Source: Botryllus schlosseri (taxonomy: Eukaryota). From it: a DNA stretch of 64,000 nt. The translations under genes and the position numbers were made by a program. Shown one piece after another: positions 35,666 through 47,971 of the stretch. Each line of letters opens with the position of its first letter. Positions within the stretch are counted from its first letter, which is position 1. The DNA is taken from assembly GCA_051294905.1 (NCBI GenBank), contig CM119386.1:2852001-2916000 (forward strand). The letters are read 5' to 3'. The notes under the pieces are model-generated. The model was not told the DNA's origin. It saw only the letters and a list, made by a program, of their open reading frames with translations, and searched no databases.

Positions 35666-38600
35666 TCGAAATGCCAATTCTATCTCCGATATATATAAGT
35701 TCATTTGTAATACAGCAATAATTCGATTGGATTTCATTTGTAAGTCTAGCGATTTATTAGTGCTACTCTTTCCAAGCGCATTGCGACCATACAGTCAAGA
35801 GCGTGATCAAGAAACACGCAAAACATGGCGCGTGTAGTAAACTTCGATTGTGTGTCACAATGACGTCACAGCTCTTCGATTGTGATGTCACAGTTGATAG
35901 ACGTGTTATGCGATTCTTTCGAAGTGACAATTGAAAATCCAGGGCAAATATGGCTCATTTAACGAAAATGGTTTGCGTTCCCTGTCTTATACGGATCAAA
36001 GAATATCCACATAGTCATGCCGCATATTTACGGTCAGTATATGGTAATCATGATTACATTCAGTGTTATAACTGGTGGTACATTACACACTCGACGAGAG
36101 CCATGTTTAGAGCCACGCCAACTGCACAGAACCCAGTTCCATAGCAGATGGGGCCGGGGGCATCAAATATTATGGATTTTTATAATATCGAATTTTATTG
36201 GGAAGATTTATTACGACGAGAGACATCTATATTTGTACCTAATTCTTAAAATGGCTCTGTCTCTTTGATATCAAAATGCTACTCTGACGTAATCAAAAAT
36301 ATACGCCAGCGTAAATAATAATAGAGTATCAACACACCGCGATGACACAGATAGTCGGAAAGGTTAACCAGCAAATTGAATGTTTTTGCGAAAGTACTAT
36401 CCGTCGCTTTCCAATAAATATTCAGATACCATCACTGATTCATTTCCCAAAAACAGCCGCAAGTGCGATAAACAGCACGTATGAGAAACTGATATAGCTC
36501 TTTTACATGTAATTGAAGACGAAATATTTGCGCTAAAATGTCGCGAAAGGGCGGATGGAAAAAATCAAGGAGAGATAGCAACAGTTGTTTGTAATCCAAA
36601 ATAATTCTAAAATGAGCCGCGTCTATGCAATCGGATCTTTTGCGGGGACGACTTTGAAAGTTTCCACTCGCCCGCAGAGCGTCGATCTGAAAATTACACT
36701 GGTGATCACTATTTATAACTAGAAGATGCCACCGATGTAATGTAACTGTATCACTACATCTGATATATATTTGTTAGTAGAGTAACAAAAGATCTCGTGT
36801 TGTTTGAGCATTGAATTCTAATACCTGGTCAGCGGGTTCAATCCAAAATTTCGCCATAGCTTGGTTTGCAAAACAAATCAGCAGTACATAATTCTGATTT
36901 ACAACCACGCAGTTGTTGTAAGTTTGTAAATGACTCAAGAGAACTTGTGATGCTATAAGGGTGCGATCGATCAAATTCAAATGTTATTTAATTCAATTCA
37001 AATATTGGATGGTAACGCGGACTCTTTTTGCTAGTAGAACCGCAAATTGTTACCAATGCTGGTAACTTAACACAGTGTAAGGTCGGATATTCCACACAAT
37101 ATATGAAGGTAAGGATGTTGGCTGATCTGGTGGACACGCCTGCCATAGATATATAGCGGAATCAGAAATAGCATATGTATTGCAAGAGCATGTCCGCATG
37201 TATGTACGCATGTATGTACGCATTGAAGCAGTTTCACTGTAACTTCAAAACCTATGATCCATCATTCGATCAAATACTGAAGATATTGGATAATGCGCCT
37301 TAGAATTAGAATCCCCTCTTCAATAATTTCCAATAGGTAGTGTGTATAATCTCGTTCCCTTTTAGAGAACGCAATGCTACTTGCCCAGCAGTAGTGTTAA
37401 TAATTAAAACGGGTAATACCAATCATGTTTTGCTGCTACATGTTAATGAAGGTGTCGAAACCAATTCACATTACAAAACACGGACTGACCTTTTCCTATT
37501 TTGCTCTTTTTCGGAGTTTTCTTATTGGATTTGGGTTGAACAGGTGGATTCTTTTGCAACCATGCTATTGCGCTCGTTTGCAACCGTTGCGTAATGTGAC
37601 CTGCAAGAAACCATGGTTGCACAAGCACATGCACAATGCACACTTGTACAGTGTGCAATGCACACACTCTCGTTAACGGGATTTGCACATAATGGAAAAA
37701 ATGCAAATCCAGCAAGTCTTGTGCTACGGATCTTAGTGTGTATTTGTAATTTATATCCATAATATCGATAACGCAGGGTGCAACTTCGTGACCTTTAACT
37801 TTAATACCGGGATGGATCAAGATAATTCGAAACGAAGCGAAACCTCAATCCCAATGCGAATACGTATTTCTACGAGGATGAGTTGGGGAAACTATCAACT
37901 TTGTACCAGTAGGCTACCGGAATTTCCATAGGTGACTTGAATGTCTCGAAATACGTAGCGATGGTGTTTTTTCTAGTATACACTTCAAATGATTCTACCT
38001 TTTTCCCTTGCATTCCGATTGATGCAGTGTGATATGTGGACAAGTGATTGACCGATAAATCATCATCGAATGGCTTGATATGTTATGTATCCTAAATTAG
38101 TTCGTCCGTTTGGTTGAAGTCTCTAATGAATGTCACGCAGCATCAATCCACGCATATCGTTTTTAATAAGTGTCATATTTCAAGAGTCAAATTTCTATGA
38201 TGTTGAAGTCAACTTATAGGTGCAATTTTGTGCCGTAATTTGGCACTAATATAATACGGAAACAATACCGATAGAACGCATCGTGTCATATTCCATTTCG
38301 ACCCTGACTTTCAACGCATCTACGATTTTTCGAATGGCGTTCAGGTGTCTCGCCGACGACATGTGATGTTTTAAATCAGCTTTACTTCCCAGCAATCCAA
38401 ATAAGGAGATGTCGGCCTGTGATAAAGATCATTGTCGGCTAAGCGACGGGCATTAGCGTGTGTGAGAATGCGTATAACCTTTAAGCATCTATACTCTAGA
38501 AGAGCTTCCTCAAATTCGCTATTCAATACGAGTGCGGAACACAGGATGAGCCTCTCGTGAATTCCGAAGCCAGCAAGCAGTCTCATCTGCAACAAAACAT

Positions 38601-40767
38601 TCCGAAATATTTAACCGATTGCGTGCGACTGGATATCGTCAAAATCGGAGGAACCAGGGATATCTGGAAGTATACATAACCTTGGGAAAAAATGCTTAAC
38701 TTATGAAGTTGTGAGTATTAATTTCCACCATGTCGTGCTGTAGCTCTGCAGACAAAAACCTTGGCTATATAGAACAGAATTGTGACTGTTCTTATGACAA
38801 TTGTCATCGAAATATCGGAGTTGCGTTACGATTTAGACAGGACAGCAGCACAAATACCGACGAGAATATCTTTGTGGCGTCACTTCGCGTAGGAATTGAT
38901 ACTGAGTATTTTTCACTACCTCCAAATATTGATTTTAGTTAAGTTGGGTATAAAGTTCAAAATACAAGTAGCCTACTGAACAACTGGCATGTACGGAATG
39001 CGAATACTGTAACCATGGACTTCCAACCGTTATGGTCCCGTGCACATATTTGGCACCTATTCACGATTAAATACCCCTAAGAAAAAGCTGCCTAATGCGC
39101 CTGATAACTTGAAATGAAAATTATCATATTTACTGCGCATGCTGACTAACATACCCACACACGTGACTCCAAATCACCTAATTTCCCCCCTTTATAACAG
39201 AGTGAAATTACTTCCAGGCTGGAAACCTCCGCTGGAACCTGACAATTTAATCAGTGAATGGCTGGAATCTGAAAAAAACGTTATCTTTGAACAGCCCTAA
39301 TGTAAAGTGTACACTGTAGTGTACAGTACACCCATGGCATGCACTGTACACGAAACCAGAACCCACTTTAGACTTATGCCGCGGTATAAATCGAGTACAA
39401 TATTTTATCCGCATTATGCGTGAACGTAGGTAGGGTTGTGTTTAAAACAAAAATCAATTTAAAACAAGGCCTTTGTTCAAAACATGTTTTTTTCTAAGCC
39501 ATGACGTCACGCATATTCCATTGTGACGTCTTAGTGGATTGATGTTCACAATTGAAAGTATAGGGTAAATAGGGCTCCTTTGACGAAACAGGCTTCCAAT
39601 CCCTGTCGTATACGGACCAAAAATATCTTTAACCAGGAGTGTCTTCACACTGCAGTTTCCGGACCGATTCCGTAACTTACACTGGTCACACAGTCTATAA
39701 TTTACCGAAATATTTACGAAAGCGATTTTGTTGATACTGAAGGCGGTTTTCGAAATACTTTCCTTCACATTGAGCGATCCTACGGTAAATATATCGTAAA
39801 TTTGCTTCAATGCGAACATGGCTTTCTGGTGTTACGAAAATACCGACTGGAGATGTTACAGAGTGTTACAGCTATAAGGCTGCGATTCGGGGTAGTGTCG
39901 TAGCGCCAAGTCGACACAATATACTGTCTTGTGGAAAGCGTGGATAGAGACAGAATAAACTGTCGGTAATTGAGAAGGTCACTGACCAATAGATGGCTTG
40001 ATGTATGCAATACTAATCCCAGTAAAGATATGTATTCGGTGATATCAAGTGATCCTTGTTGCTTGGTGTAGTTCAAAGCTATTTGTCATATGTTTGATTG
40101 TTATTTTCAAATATTTACTCCATGCAGCGGTTAGTGTAAATATATACTTCTTGTATACTGCATATAGTTGTTTCTTGTAACGTATTGTAATTTTGAAATG
40201 TCGAGGGAAAGGTGTAGAATATTATTTGAAAACTATCACGAAGCTCAAAAATTCAATTCGTGAAGAATTAAAATCATTTGAGGATGCGACTGCATCCCCC
40301 TCTCATGCACCACTGCTGAACATTATCATTACTAGTCATTTTGTTGTAAACATGCCCTGAATGAATCCTAAATCATTATCTGTCAACCTATCTACAGTGC
40401 GCTTTCACAATCGCCGCCGGTACCAGACTCCCTGATCACCAAATCATCAAGCTGCTGCTGTCGTGATCATTGAACATTGCCTATTAGCCAATCAAGAGCC
40501 GCGGTTTCGTGATTACTAGTCTTCTCGCCGTTCCATGGTCGGCGGTACGCCCATTCTTCGGCAGCAACTTTCAAACGCTTTGCACGAAATCTTAACGACT
40601 TTCCTGTGAGCTTCTTTTTGGCCCATTGTTGTTTTTTATCAATAATCTATAGAATAAGACATTACAACCGAGCATTATTAAGATTTTCCAAATTATGGAC
40701 AACCCTAATGCACACCCTTTTCGCTGAGAGTGTAGTTTAACTGGCGACAGCCACACTATCCATCATG

Positions 40768-41344
40768 CAGCGTTGTAACCCAGTCACAAAGCTCCGAATC
40801 ACAAGTCAATCTCACTTTTATAGTTTTGACTCGAGTCAAGTCGAGTCATTTTCAATTCACCACCGAGTCAAGTCCGAGTCCAAGTCATCGAGCAGAGGGT
40901 CGAGTCCGAGTCATGGTAATATGACTCGCGTCCGAGTCCAAGTCATTGTGTTGACTGCTCGGTTTCCAGTTAAAGTCTTGTTAAACACACTTTTTATAAC
41001 TTTATTTGGTGATATCGAATGGTTCGCATTTATAATATACTAATTCTCCTCACTTTTGGCAGTTTTTGGTCGCATTTTCAAGTACCAGTACCAGTAGACG
41101 AAATCCAATAGTGGGGTTACTCTACTATTCTTCGAAATTACAATTAATTGTCGGTCTTGGCCGTCTGAGTCTCGAGTCATATGACTTGGTTCGAGTCAAG
41201 CGCAATGACTCGAGTCCAAGTCGAGTCAATACACCGATTGACTCGAGTCGAGTCATTTCCGTATTTTGAGAAATGACTCGAGTCAAGTCGAGTCATCAGA
41301 AAATCGTGACTCGAGTCGGACTCGAGTCGAGTCATTACAACAGT
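40768..41344. mobile_element. hAT-like MITE rich in GACTCGAGTC repeats
   Basis: TIR CAGCGTTGTAA / TTACAACAGTG; TSD CCATCATG/CAATCATG. Confidence 0.85.
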
Positions 41345-41366
41345 GCAATCATGATCCTCTTCTCAC

Positions 41367-41623
41367 CTCGTAACTCGTGCAGTTGATGACGTCCGACATC
41401 TCCGCTATATATCTCAATTTGTCGACGAATTGCTGCCTAATTTTCAAACTGGAACTCCTCCCCATTCGCTTGAGCAGGTACTTGGACGACTTGGACGGTT
41501 CGCTGAAGTAGGGCAGCCCGGGTGTCTTCTCCGTGAAGCCGGTCGCTTGGTGGAAGAACCGAAGGTTGGATTCGTGCAGTATGGAACAGTGCGTGTCCGG
41601 GAGTACGCGTCTGGTGGAGCGAT
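41367..41623 (-). CDS. Putative internal exon of an unidentified gene
   Basis: ttttag|(D)RSTRRVLPDTHCS...DVINCTSYE|GTGAGA; GC-rich, open for 85 codons, strong splice sites. Confidence 0.55.
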
Positions 41624-42839
41624 CTAAAATAGCGATGATCGGCGGTTCTATTACTTTTATCCGTTCAAGACACACGATGTAGAATTTAATGTAATGAACA
41701 GGTGTGCTGATGTAGAAGCAACTATGCGAATGGTGTCTCAATCTAACAGCCACCTCGATATAATTTCCGATGCGAGAGCGTTCGATCATGATCTTTTCGG
41801 ATGACTGTTTTTAAACGACGTTCATTCGTCTTTTGGTGGGTCATTCGCTAGACTTTTCATGTTGTATAAAAGTCGTAAGGACAGCGACATAGGAAGGAGG
41901 ACCTCAAATAGGCTTCCAAGAGATCTATATGCGCTACGGCCGAGTCTCGAACCGGGGCTTCTCGTTGCAAGTATTGTGGCTTTATAAAGTAGGCCACCAG
42001 CTCCCACAGCATATCGTATAGTTGCTTTCGGACCGCTGTTCTGTCAATATTCGGCAGTCGGGAATCTATCAGAGCTAGTCAGTACCGAACTCGCTGTCAC
42101 TGCTGTGTATCTGAAAGCCCAGAGACACGGTGAGCTGAACTAAAAGTTTGGCAATAGAGACCCTTTCTACGTAATACTATAGCCAGTGTGAGGGAAAGCA
42201 AGATACTATCAACTGTTAATCGTCATTGAACTGCGACTGCATGAATTAGCCAATACTTGTCGTGGTGCACACGACCTCTGCAGCCGAAAAGCAATATTGT
42301 CGTTATCGTGAAGTCAGTAAGTGGTCCAAATAGGCAGCGTTGGTGCTCAAGTGGATGCAGAAGTAGCGCCATAACTTTATATTCAATTACATTTTGAAGT
42401 AGCGATTTCAAACGCGTGTCGAAACTATTTTGAGCACATGGTAGTTCGTGGATGCAGGGATTAGATCGTTGTGTTCAGCGACTTTCGTGTACAAAATCTA
42501 ATACGGGATCTCAGAACTGCCAGAGCTATATCAGAGTAGCTGCGGCACCCCAACACACAAAATTGGGGGTGAGCTGGAAGGGGGACCCAGAAATATTTTG
42601 TTAGTCATACTTTGAAGATGCATGCATCTTAAGAATTTTCTTCGCTTATGGCGCGATTTAATGTCGCTAGAAACCAAGATTTTAATATGGATAGTAGCAA
42701 ATAAATAGCACATTTAATATAAATAGGCGTATCAACTCCGGCGATTACCACGCATCCGAGCAGAAATATTATTTGAAGAGACTCTTTGGGGTACAGAACT
42801 TTAATATACATTTTAATAATATATTCATTGCAAAATATA

Positions 42840-43390
42840 TTAAAACCCGAGACTTATCGAGCTGATACTCTTCAAGGGCAATCTTCAGCAAACGTAAAAT
42901 TTCAAAAATATGCATCTAGCTACATTGCATGCAACCAATTATGACGTCATAGAAACGAAACAACATGAAATAGAGGCAAACCGCGAGCACAGCTAGTGGC
43001 TAATTTTTAGATTGACTAAAAATTCCTTCTGCTGACACAAGCGCGGTCGGTGGATTTTAATATAAGTCGATTCCAGTGCAGACAGATGGAAATTTGTGCG
43101 GCCTCTACCTAATATAGAGAATCTTTCATCGCGATAGTTTTTAGCGCAAGTTGCATTCTCAGGCAAATGCTTGCCGATGGCAGAGTTCATAGCCATGGCC
43201 TGATTACGTTCTAGTAATGGCAGATCAGTTACGGCTGCGACTTCGCGAGAGTCCAATGTGCGCGATCAAATAACGCTCGGAACATGTTGTTTGATGCGTT
43301 CCTGCAAGCGCTGAGTTGTTCTTCCCACGTACCGACAATCACAGTGGCACTTGAAATCATAGACTATATTGCTTTGTTGAGAAGCAGTAA
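42840..43390 (-). mobile_element. Penelope-like retroelement remnant (GIY-YIG endonuclease and 3' end)
   Basis: SNIVYDFKCHCDCRYVGRTTQRLQERIKQHVP ... SAIGKHL ... FSILGRGR ... LESTYIKIHRPRLCQQKEF; one in-frame TGA at 43266-43268. Confidence 0.88.
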
Positions 43391-44475
43391 GAACATATCT
43401 TTGCGCGTTGCAATGAATATATTAATGAAATGTATATAAAAATATTATTAGTCTATGAAGTGGGACACAGAACACTTCAAACCCGAAAAATGGGCCACGG
43501 CCAATAAAAGATATAAGACTCCTTGGCCATACTCACCGACGAGTACTGCGTAATGATAAGCGGGGTTCCTCTGTAGAAATTGAAGTGAAAGAACGTTGTA
43601 GCTCTCTTCTGATGAGAAATAAGGAATTTCTTCGAAGTGATCTACCTGTGAAGGAGGCCTTTACATTAATTTAAGAGTGTATCGCCCTAAGTCTACTTCC
43701 GCGTCGAAATAATTCGAAACAAAATTACCAGCTTGCTTCTATTTACGGATTTTGTGACATATAAGGTATATATATGTCAGTGATATCGAATAAAACGCTG
43801 ATTTATCACGGCTATCTGTATGTAACATCGGCCAAGGAGTCGGTTCACTCGACAATCGAGTCTAACACCAGGGATTTCCAATATTCCGACTCCGGCTCTG
43901 ACTCTGAAACTACAACCGGACCGACTCCTCAAATTTTCCTCACAGGACTCTTACATTCCTAGCAATTTCCCCAGAAAATAACATGGTAAAGTCACAGCCA
44001 AGTAAATATTGTTTCATAATAATTTCAAACCTTCATTATAATAACGACTTCGACGGGTATTACAATATTTCTGTGACACCAACTTCATTAGAGAAATTTC
44101 GACTCCATAACGCTGTCTGTATTGTATACGCATTACACAACGATCCATTCAATGGCTCTTAGGGAAATAAGTCTTATTGGTTTGAACGTACTGTAATGAC
44201 TTTCTGGTGGATAATTCCGACACAATGTCAGTAGAAATAAGTCATTGCAGATAACCCCTTAAAATGGGAACCAAATTTGAACTTTTTATCCAATTTCTAT
44301 TTCATGCTAATGCTGATTGTTGAATAACTTTGACTCAAAAAGGAGTATACTTTGTAGTTTCAACATAAATTGTGAAATTGTCCACAATACTGTGTATTTA
44401 AAAAATGGTTGTTGGGAATTTATGATTGGGTAGAAATGAAACTCCTCAGATACTATCTGTAGTAATATTATTATC

Positions 44476-46517
44476 TCAAAACACCTTGTATGACCTTGAC
44501 ACTCCCGTCAAGACCGAGTACACAGCCCGCCAGTAGGCAGTTACAACGTCTTCCTCGTAAAAGTTCCACGTCGGCAGCGACACGAAACGGTACACATCGC
44601 CCCAGTAATCCTGCAGACAGCGACGAAGAAACAGCGGAACCCTCACAGTAAGCGATTTAACCGCCCTCGCGTAATATCCGAGTCGCCGGAACGCGAACGC
44701 TCGCCATATGTGAATGAGATGCAACGAAGGTTCGTGAACGATACACCTGTGATCAGGCTTCATTATTCGGGACATTCGGGCTGCGCAATTAAATTCAAAG
44801 GCGGTCAAAGTAAAGTCAGTCTGGATAGGCTACTGAATTAGGGGAGGAGGCTAGGGTCGTGAATTTGGCAGCGTCTGGGCCGTTATACGTTAAGAAAACA
44901 AGCCGATTCATATCAGCTGATATTCCCTCGATGGAACGCTGTTGCCATCATCGAAGCCGTTTCAGGTAGTGGGGAATAGTGATTTTGGGCCAGGCGAATA
45001 ACTTATTTTGAATCAATAACAATATCTTGAAAATGAAATCAAGTTCATCCTTTCCAAACTTAGCGTTCTTCAGAAATCTCAAATCAGATCACGCGCCGCA
45101 AAATATGACCTCGCGTCGTAAGTCACTAAGCACATTCATATCAGCTGATTCTCGCCCGATAGAATGCTGTTGCCATCATCGAGGCCGTTTCAGGTAGTGA
45201 GGAATAGTGATGTTGGGTCAGGCGAATAGCTTATTTTGAAACAACAATAACAATATCTTGAATGTGAAATCAATTTTATCCTTCCAGAACTTAGCGTTCT
45301 TCCGAAATCTCAAATCACATCACGGATCGCAAATTCTGACCCCGCGGGCCGCGTGTTGGTGACCCCTGCTCTGGTAGAATAACAACGCATGGAATTGACC
45401 TTGATTGAAATCAAATGAAACAAATTAGTTTAGTCGTCAATCTTGCATGAGACTGGGCCGAGATTGTTTTACATCATTGGGCCATTGCTTAGCCTACGTT
45501 ACGACTATGCCCGCGATTAATTCAATTCCATATTCTGAGGTTTTGTTCGTCGGTTTTATTGGCGTGGTCTCGGCTATTTGCGAATCCCCTCGATCTAGTG
45601 GTTCTCAGTCGGTGGACCACGGAAGCGTTTTGGTGCGAGTCACAGGGATCTTTGGAAAACCTTCGAGTGAAATAAATTTGGCGTATGAACTATGAACAAC
45701 TTTTTGTTGCGATATTGAAGTTCTGTACTTCCGAAGCCTAATCGCAGTTACTGCTTTACTGCTTGCTCAATGCTCACGGTCTGGGATATTTTACCACGAT
45801 AGGGCCATCCGGGTTCGCCAATGGGTTGATTGGCATCCGAGTAAATGTAGAATAACGAGTGTCAAAACATATAGGCTATCAAAATCATGAGTATCCTGGC
45901 AGCGAGTCATTCATGAATCTATTGCCTCGTTGTTTGATATGTGCAATTTAAATGCCTCGTAATCATTATCATTGCACGTACGCTATTATGACGCGTGACT
46001 GTTTCAATGCTCGTTATTTTAGACGCGAGCCCGGGCTGACTATTTTATATAGAGGCAGTATTTGCGACGTGCTGTACGCACCTGTTTGCGTGGTCAAGAG
46101 CGTCTCTGCAGTTTCCCAGCAGCAGCAAACTCATGGTGATTTGGCACTCGATCGTGGCGAAAAAGGAATTGCATGTGTGGCGATCGTGCATCTCGTATTC
46201 CCACGTCTAAATGAGTCGGCACCAATCGATCGTGAATGGTATACGAGTGTTAAGTCTTGTAAGTCACTCGCCTTGAAATATAGTAACGAATTTCTGTATG
46301 CAGATATAGCTTTTCCGTACCGGCCAGCGGCGAGGTGCTTTTCTGCGACTTGCACCATGGTATCGAGTCGAACTGATTTGTCGTACTGCGTAGGAAAGCT
46401 TGTCAACAAACGTTTTTCTGTAACGGCGCAAATTTTGCTGACATTAGACACTGTACGAGTACGAGCAGAGCATGACACCGACGATATCACCCTGCTAGAT
46501 CCTACTCGAAATGGCAT
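44476..46517 (-). CDS. TPR-repeat protein, partial model (exons ~46517-46272, 46206-46082, 44746-~44476)
   Basis: Spliced product VAEKHLAAGRYGKAISAYRNSLLYFK|TWEY...QITMSLLLLGNCRDALDHANR|CIVHEPSLHLIHIWRAFAFRRLGYYARAVKSL shows three TPR-like helix pairs with matching phases. True start and end are unresolved. Confidence 0.65.
44907..45368. repeat. Two diverged tandem ~210-230-bp units ending in a Buster-type TIR
   Basis: TTCATATCAGCTGA...GCTGTTGCCATCATCGA...AACTTAGCGTTCTT repeated at ~44907 and ~45136; right TIR TTGGTGACCCCTG. Confidence 0.85.
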
Positions 46518-46567
46518 TTCTGTGAAATCGTGACCAACCTATAACATATTTTAATGTTGTGTATAAC

Positions 46568-46747
46568 CAGTGGTGGGATTGAAACGTTTTGACAGCCATA
46601 CTTAATAGTAATTAGGTCAATTTTTTCAACTTGTTCTGTTACAAAACGGGATTGACAAAAACATCAATGCTAATCGGTTCACTGATCCCATAAAATATCG
46701 TGAGAGGTTCTGTAGGACCTGTGCGAACCTGCTAAATCCGGCCACTG
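46568..46747. mobile_element. 180-bp hAT-like MITE
   Basis: CAGTGG...CCACTG ends; TSD TGTATAAC/TGTAGAAC. Confidence 0.75.
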
Positions 46748-47780
46748 TGTAGAACTTATATGGTTTCATAGACTGGTATTTCAACTTTCCACACCATCCC
46801 TATTCTTCTGATTAAATATCCATCTTAACTTAACATGTTAACAGCAAATTGTGGGAAGTGTGTAGCAGTGCATGCTGAAGTCCAGAAAATGTGCCCCTGA
46901 CTTGATTAATAGCTTATCCGAGTCGAATATATATGAGGACTTCGTCAGTACCCTCAAAACAATGGTCTTGAGTTCCAAAAGGGTGATGAACCAAACTTCT
47001 GTGGGACCTATCCGTCACATCCTCTACGACGGGCCAATCGACTTACGAAACGCACGGGAATCACTTATCTTTACCTTTTGCAAATTTATTGTGGCGTCGC
47101 TGTTTAGTTGCGCCGGACGCGAAAATTTTATCAAATTCGTGAATGAAATTGTTATAATTTCATACATTACTAACAATTTCTGATCCTCACTCAGCCCACG
47201 TGATCAGATTGACATATGGAACATATGGCGGTTATGTGTTCGGAAATTTAAGGCAGATCAATAAAATTAATTATACATCTTGGGGCGGAGGCATTGTAAT
47301 AAATTGCATTGTTGCATGTTGCTTTCTCATGACAACCGCACTCAGGATTGTCGTTAAACAATCAAAATATATTAGAATCGCCCAAACATATCAGACCAGA
47401 AGCGCAGGCTGTACGCACAATGACGTCCCAAAGGTATGAATGATATGATATGATCAAATATGTACCTTTTATGTGACCGCAAAGAAGACGATGTCAAAAT
47501 TTTGTTTATTTGGTCGTTTTTCGACGATATCTCAGAAAAGACTTATCATTTCAGAACGTAGAATATAGTTGGAATCAGCATAAACAACTCTACAAAATGA
47601 GCCAAAGTTGTTTTGGTCGATATAGTCGACCTTAAAGAAATATGTCATTTCTACTAACGTGCTCACTGAGCAGTTCTGTTCTATACGTTTCGTATGCTGT
47701 GATGCGACCAATAGAGGCTTACAGCCTTACACAGTGGAAAAATAATAACTAAACTATAATTTTATCGTTGATAAATTAAC

Positions 47781-47971
47781 TCATACCAATGACTCGAAAA
47801 TTGGTATCCGCAGCTATCCTGCTATAGGCGCTCAGCAATCACGGATAGCATGGAGGAGAAAAAAACGGGGGCGCAGACTAGATGGCCTCATGGGGCCGTA
47901 TCGCAACTCCGTCGTCAAGCATCTCGATGGTGCAGGCGAAAAAGAATACCATATCTCTCTCTCTCTCTCTC
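47781..47971 (+). mobile_element. 5'-truncated copy of the 15706 SINE
   Basis: Near-identical core, body and (CT)n tail. Confidence 0.92.

Noticed and set aside
40768-41344. CRISPR-like or iteron-like repeat array
   Set aside because: Repeats are short and irregularly spaced, with no unique spacers or cas genes, and lie inside TIRs and a TSD in eukaryotic DNA.
41349-42411. R2/R4-type retrotransposon ORF
   Set aside because: The motif order would be reversed and no reverse transcriptase motifs are visible; a spliced-exon reading fits better.
45952-46533. 193-aa plus-strand ORF, the longest in the track
   Set aside because: Overlaps the minus-strand TPR exons, which have coherent splice sites and motifs; it has no recognisable features itself.
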